Assembly (NCBI GenBank): GCA_965249555.1 | Contig: OZ252243.1 | Coordinates: 1,696,001 to 1,760,000, forward strand | Reading direction: 5' to 3' | From: Nitrosopumilus sp. | GTDB taxonomy: Archaea > Thermoproteota > Nitrososphaeria > Nitrososphaerales > Nitrosopumilaceae | Length of the DNA stretch: 64,000 bases | In this document: positions 61,102 to 64,000 of the stretch, piece after piece | Layout: each line of letters opens with the position of its first letter | Numbering within the stretch: the stretch's first letter is position 1 | Notes under the pieces: model-generated | Database searches by the model: none | The model's input: only the letters and a program-made list of their open reading frames with translations | What the model was told of the DNA's origin: nothing | Translations under genes and position numbers: made by a program

Positions 61102-62412
61102 TTAGATATCTTCTGCACATCTAAAACCTGAGGATAACCATCTCTCATCTAATCTAAAGAAATTTCTGTAACTTGCTCTAATTGACATTTTTGGAGTAGC
61201 AAATGAGCCTCCTCTTAACACTTTTTGATTTGAAAACCATTTATCGTTATATTCATCAAATCCTGTTTTGAATCCAGGATATCCAATAAATTCTGATGAT
61301 GTCCATTCCCACACATCTCCAATCATCTGTTGACAACCTGATGTACTTTTGCCACTTGGAAATGCTCCAATTTCAGTACATCCCCAAAAATATGATTCCA
61401 ATAAATTACATTTTTCTTCTGTTGGTTGCTCATTTCCCCAAGGATAGATTGTTTTTTCTTGTGTTTTTTCATTCCAACATGCAGCTTTTTCCCATTCTGC
61501 TTCTGTAGGGAGTCTTTTTCCTGCCCATTTACAATATGCGTCAGCTTCAAAATAACTAACATGACATACAGGTTCATTTGGATTGATTTTCCTAATTCCT
61601 AAAAAGTCCCTTATATTCCATTTGTCATCTATTTTTTCCCAGTACATTGGTGCCATCCATTTACTTTCTTTAACTTTCTCCCAACCATCTGATAACCAAT
61701 ACTTGTATGTCTCATATCCTCCCTCCTCGATAAATTCTAAATATTGTTCATTTGTAACTGGGAACATATCTAACTTGTAATCATTAAGGTAAACTTTGTG
61801 TTCTGGAAGCTCAATGTCATAACAATAGTCTTCTCCGTTGTACCCCATCGTGTATAATCCTCCTTTGATGTGTATTGATTTTTTATCAACACTATTTTGT
61901 TTTGGAATTTCATTTCTTTTTACAGGTCTGTATTGTTCTGCGAGAAGATGTTGTAAATCATACACTAAAAGTTCTTGATGTTGGCATTCATGATGAAATC
62001 CCATTGTGATCAACTTTACTGCATCATCACTCAAAGTTTTAGATTCAATAAAATGCTCTACTCTCTGGTTAGTTGTGTTAAAGTATTGGAATATTTGTTC
62101 AACAGTTGGTCTTGAACTTATTCCTCTTAACCCCTTATCTTGTGGAGTTCCAAATTGTTGATAATAGGAATTAAGATATTCAGAAAATTCATTTGAATAA
62201 AATTCATAATTTTTATCTAATTTACTCATTATTGCTTCATAAATCCAACTAACATGACCAATATGCCATTTTGGTGGACTCGTGAAAAATGCAGTTTGAA
62301 CAACAAAATCATCTTTTTCTAAAGTCTTTACAAGTTCTAATGTTCTACTTCTGGTCTCTCTGAATTGCTCTAGCAATGGTTCTTTTTGTTCTAATTCTGG
62401 ATTTGAAGTCAT
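61102..62412 (-). CDS. egtB: Ergothioneine biosynthesis sulfoxide synthase (DinB_2 + FGE-sulfatase)
   Basis: SPPKWHIGH, HECQHQE iron motif, RLPTEAEWE, GDVWEW, RGGS. Confidence 0.9.
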   Translation of the reverse strand: MTSNPELEQKEPLLEQFRETRSRTLELVKTLEKDDFVVQTAFFTSPPKWHIGHVSWIYEAIMSKLDKNYEFYSNEFSEYLNSYYQQFGTPQDKGLRGISSRPTVEQIFQYFNTTNQRVEHFIESKTLSDDAVKLITMGFHHECQHQELLVYDLQHLLAEQYRPVKRNEIPKQNSVDKKSIHIKGGLYTMGYNGEDYCYDIELPEHKVYLNDYKLDMFPVTNEQYLEFIEEGGYETYKYWLSDGWEKVKESKWMAPMYWEKIDDKWNIRDFLGIRKINPNEPVCHVSYFEADAYCKWAGKRLPTEAEWEKAACWNEKTQEKTIYPWGNEQPTEEKCNLLESYFWGCTEIGAFPSGKSTSGCQQMIGDVWEWTSSEFIGYPGFKTGFDEYNDKWFSNQKVLRGGSFATPKMSIRASYRNFFRLDERWLSSGFRCAEDI

Positions 62413-62424
62413 ATTGAAAATCGT

Positions 62425-63879
62425 CTAGTATCCTTTTGCAAAAATTGGAATTGAAATACTTTGTTCTTGACAGTACATGCATTTTTTATTTGTATTTTCA
62501 CTGCTAAATGGAATAACTCTGATATCTGCACCTGTTTCTTCTTTGATTTTTTCTTCACATTCTAATTTCCCACACCAAGGAGCATTAAAGAAACCCCCTT
62601 TATCGATTTTTGATTTGAATTCAGTATAGTCTGAAATGTCTATAGTGTTTGCTTTGGTTTGTTCTCTAGCAATTTTTAGCATATCTGATTGTATCTCATC
62701 TAACATTGTAGAAATTTTTTCAATTTCAGTAAAACCTAAACTTGATTTTTCACGATTGTATCTTTTTGCTATAATTACGCTCTGTTTTTCTATATCTTTA
62801 GGGCCTATCTCTATTCGTACAGGTACTCCTTTCAGTTCACAATCATTGAATTTGTATCCTGGAGATAATTCACTTCTATCATCAACATGTACTCTAATCT
62901 CTTTTGACTTTAGAATTTTTTTAATTTCTTCTACTTTAGGCAATACCTTGTCTTTACCTTCATCATTTTTGTAAATTGGCACAATTACAACTTGTATTGG
63001 TGCTATCTTTGGTGGTAAAACAAGACCTTGATCATCTCCATGAGTCATGATCATCGCGCCAATTAATCTCCAAGAAACTCCCCATGAAGTTTGCCATGCA
63101 AAATGTTCTACATTATCTTTATCTGCAAATTTTATTTCAAATGGTTTTGAAAAATTTTGTCCTAGAAAATGTGATGTGCCCATTTGCAAAGCCTTACCGT
63201 CTGGCATAATTGATTCCATGGTAGTTGTATATACTGCACCTACAAATTTTTCTTTTTCACTTTTCTTTCCTGTTGTTACTGGTATTGCTAATTCTTCTTC
63301 AACAGTTTTTTTATAAATCTCCAAAATTTCCATTACTTCTTCTTCTGCTCCCTCTTGCGTTGTATGTACTGTATGACCTTCTTGCCACAAAAATTCTGAT
63401 GTTCTAAGAAATGGTTTCGTTCCTTTGATCTCTGCTCTTAGTGCACTATTCCAAAAATTCATCTTTAATGGTAAATCTCTCCAACTCTGAATCCATTTGG
63501 CATACATTGTATATGCTAAAGTTTCAGATGTTGGTCTTAATGCAAGCCTATCTCCAACTTCGTTTTCACCTGAATGAGTTACCCAAAATACTTCTGGATT
63601 GAATCCTGCAAAGTGTTTTTGCTCTTTTCCTAATAGTGATTCTGGAATTAGTATGGGCAAAAATCCATTTCTGACTCCATTATTTGCAAATTTTTTATCA
63701 AATGTGTTTCTTAATGACTCCCAAATAGAATATCCGTCTGGTCTAAGAACAATTAGTCCCTTAACTGGTGCATAATCCGCAAGTTTAGCTTTTAGAACTA
63801 TTTGTGTATACCATTCACTAAAATCTTCTTTTTTTGAAACTGTGATGCCTTTGTCTTCTTTACTCAAACTAGAATTCAT
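62425..63879 (-). CDS. proS: Proline--tRNA ligase (archaeal/eukaryotic type)
   Basis: LRPTSET, FLRTSEFLWQEGH, QTSWGVS, C-terminal AKGY. Confidence 0.95.
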   Translation of the reverse strand: MNSSLSKEDKGITVSKKEDFSEWYTQIVLKAKLADYAPVKGLIVLRPDGYSIWESLRNTFDKKFANNGVRNGFLPILIPESLLGKEQKHFAGFNPEVFWVTHSGENEVGDRLALRPTSETLAYTMYAKWIQSWRDLPLKMNFWNSALRAEIKGTKPFLRTSEFLWQEGHTVHTTQEGAEEEVMEILEIYKKTVEEELAIPVTTGKKSEKEKFVGAVYTTTMESIMPDGKALQMGTSHFLGQNFSKPFEIKFADKDNVEHFAWQTSWGVSWRLIGAMIMTHGDDQGLVLPPKIAPIQVVIVPIYKNDEGKDKVLPKVEEIKKILKSKEIRVHVDDRSELSPGYKFNDCELKGVPVRIEIGPKDIEKQSVIIAKRYNREKSSLGFTEIEKISTMLDEIQSDMLKIAREQTKANTIDISDYTEFKSKIDKGGFFNAPWCGKLECEEKIKEETGADIRVIPFSSENTNKKCMYCQEQSISIPIFAKGY

Positions 63880-63928
63880 TGAATTAATTTAACTAATGAG
63901 CTTTTCGAGAGAATTTTGATATTTTAGA

Positions 63929-64000
63929 TTATTTTAGTGGGTCACCTTTGCAAAGTACTTTACCCATGACCCTACTTTGGAAATTTGGACACACAAAACA
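63929..64000 (-). CDS. C-terminal end of a Cys-containing protein entering from beyond the window
   Basis: ...CFVCPNFQSRVMGKVLCKGDPLK*. Confidence 0.45.
   Translation of the reverse strand, partial: CFVCPNFQSRVMGKVLCKGDPLK

Noticed and set aside
889-63407. Numerous 60-180 aa ORFs antisense to or nested in recognised genes
   Set aside because: Shadow ORFs with no recognisable motifs, overlapping well-supported genes

Overview
AT-rich archaeal chromosomal segment with the gene content of an ammonia-oxidising archaeon of the Nitrosopumilaceae (TBP, TFB, F420 biosynthesis cofG/H/C/D, thaumarchaeosortase-like protein, Alba, deoxyhypusine synthase, SMC, EgtB/EgtD, ProRS, RNase P RNA, tRNA-Pro). 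On this core backbone lie three intact-looking IS elements (one IS66-family, two apparently identical IS3-family copies, all with TIRs and TSDs), a 56-bp MITE-like remnant, and many pseudogenes (archaellum FlaF, three histidine-kinase remnants, nitrilase, S8 protease). This pattern suggests ongoing genome decay, possibly in a host-associated lineage (inference). Structures not explained by standard annotation: (1) a 2-kb islet at 4207-6210 bounded by 35-bp inverted sites with a dif-like arm and a variable 6-bp core, plus a third internal copy, carrying an AbiTii-like gene and a RelE-like/wHTH pair; (2) a 36-bp repeat / 35-bp spacer / 36-bp repeat unit hidden by an IS3 insertion at 33287-34638; (3) an Alba protein with a ~184-aa (PEPEPT)n tail; (4) a candidate structured RNA at 6250-6328. 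All family assignments come from motif recognition by eye; no searches were run.
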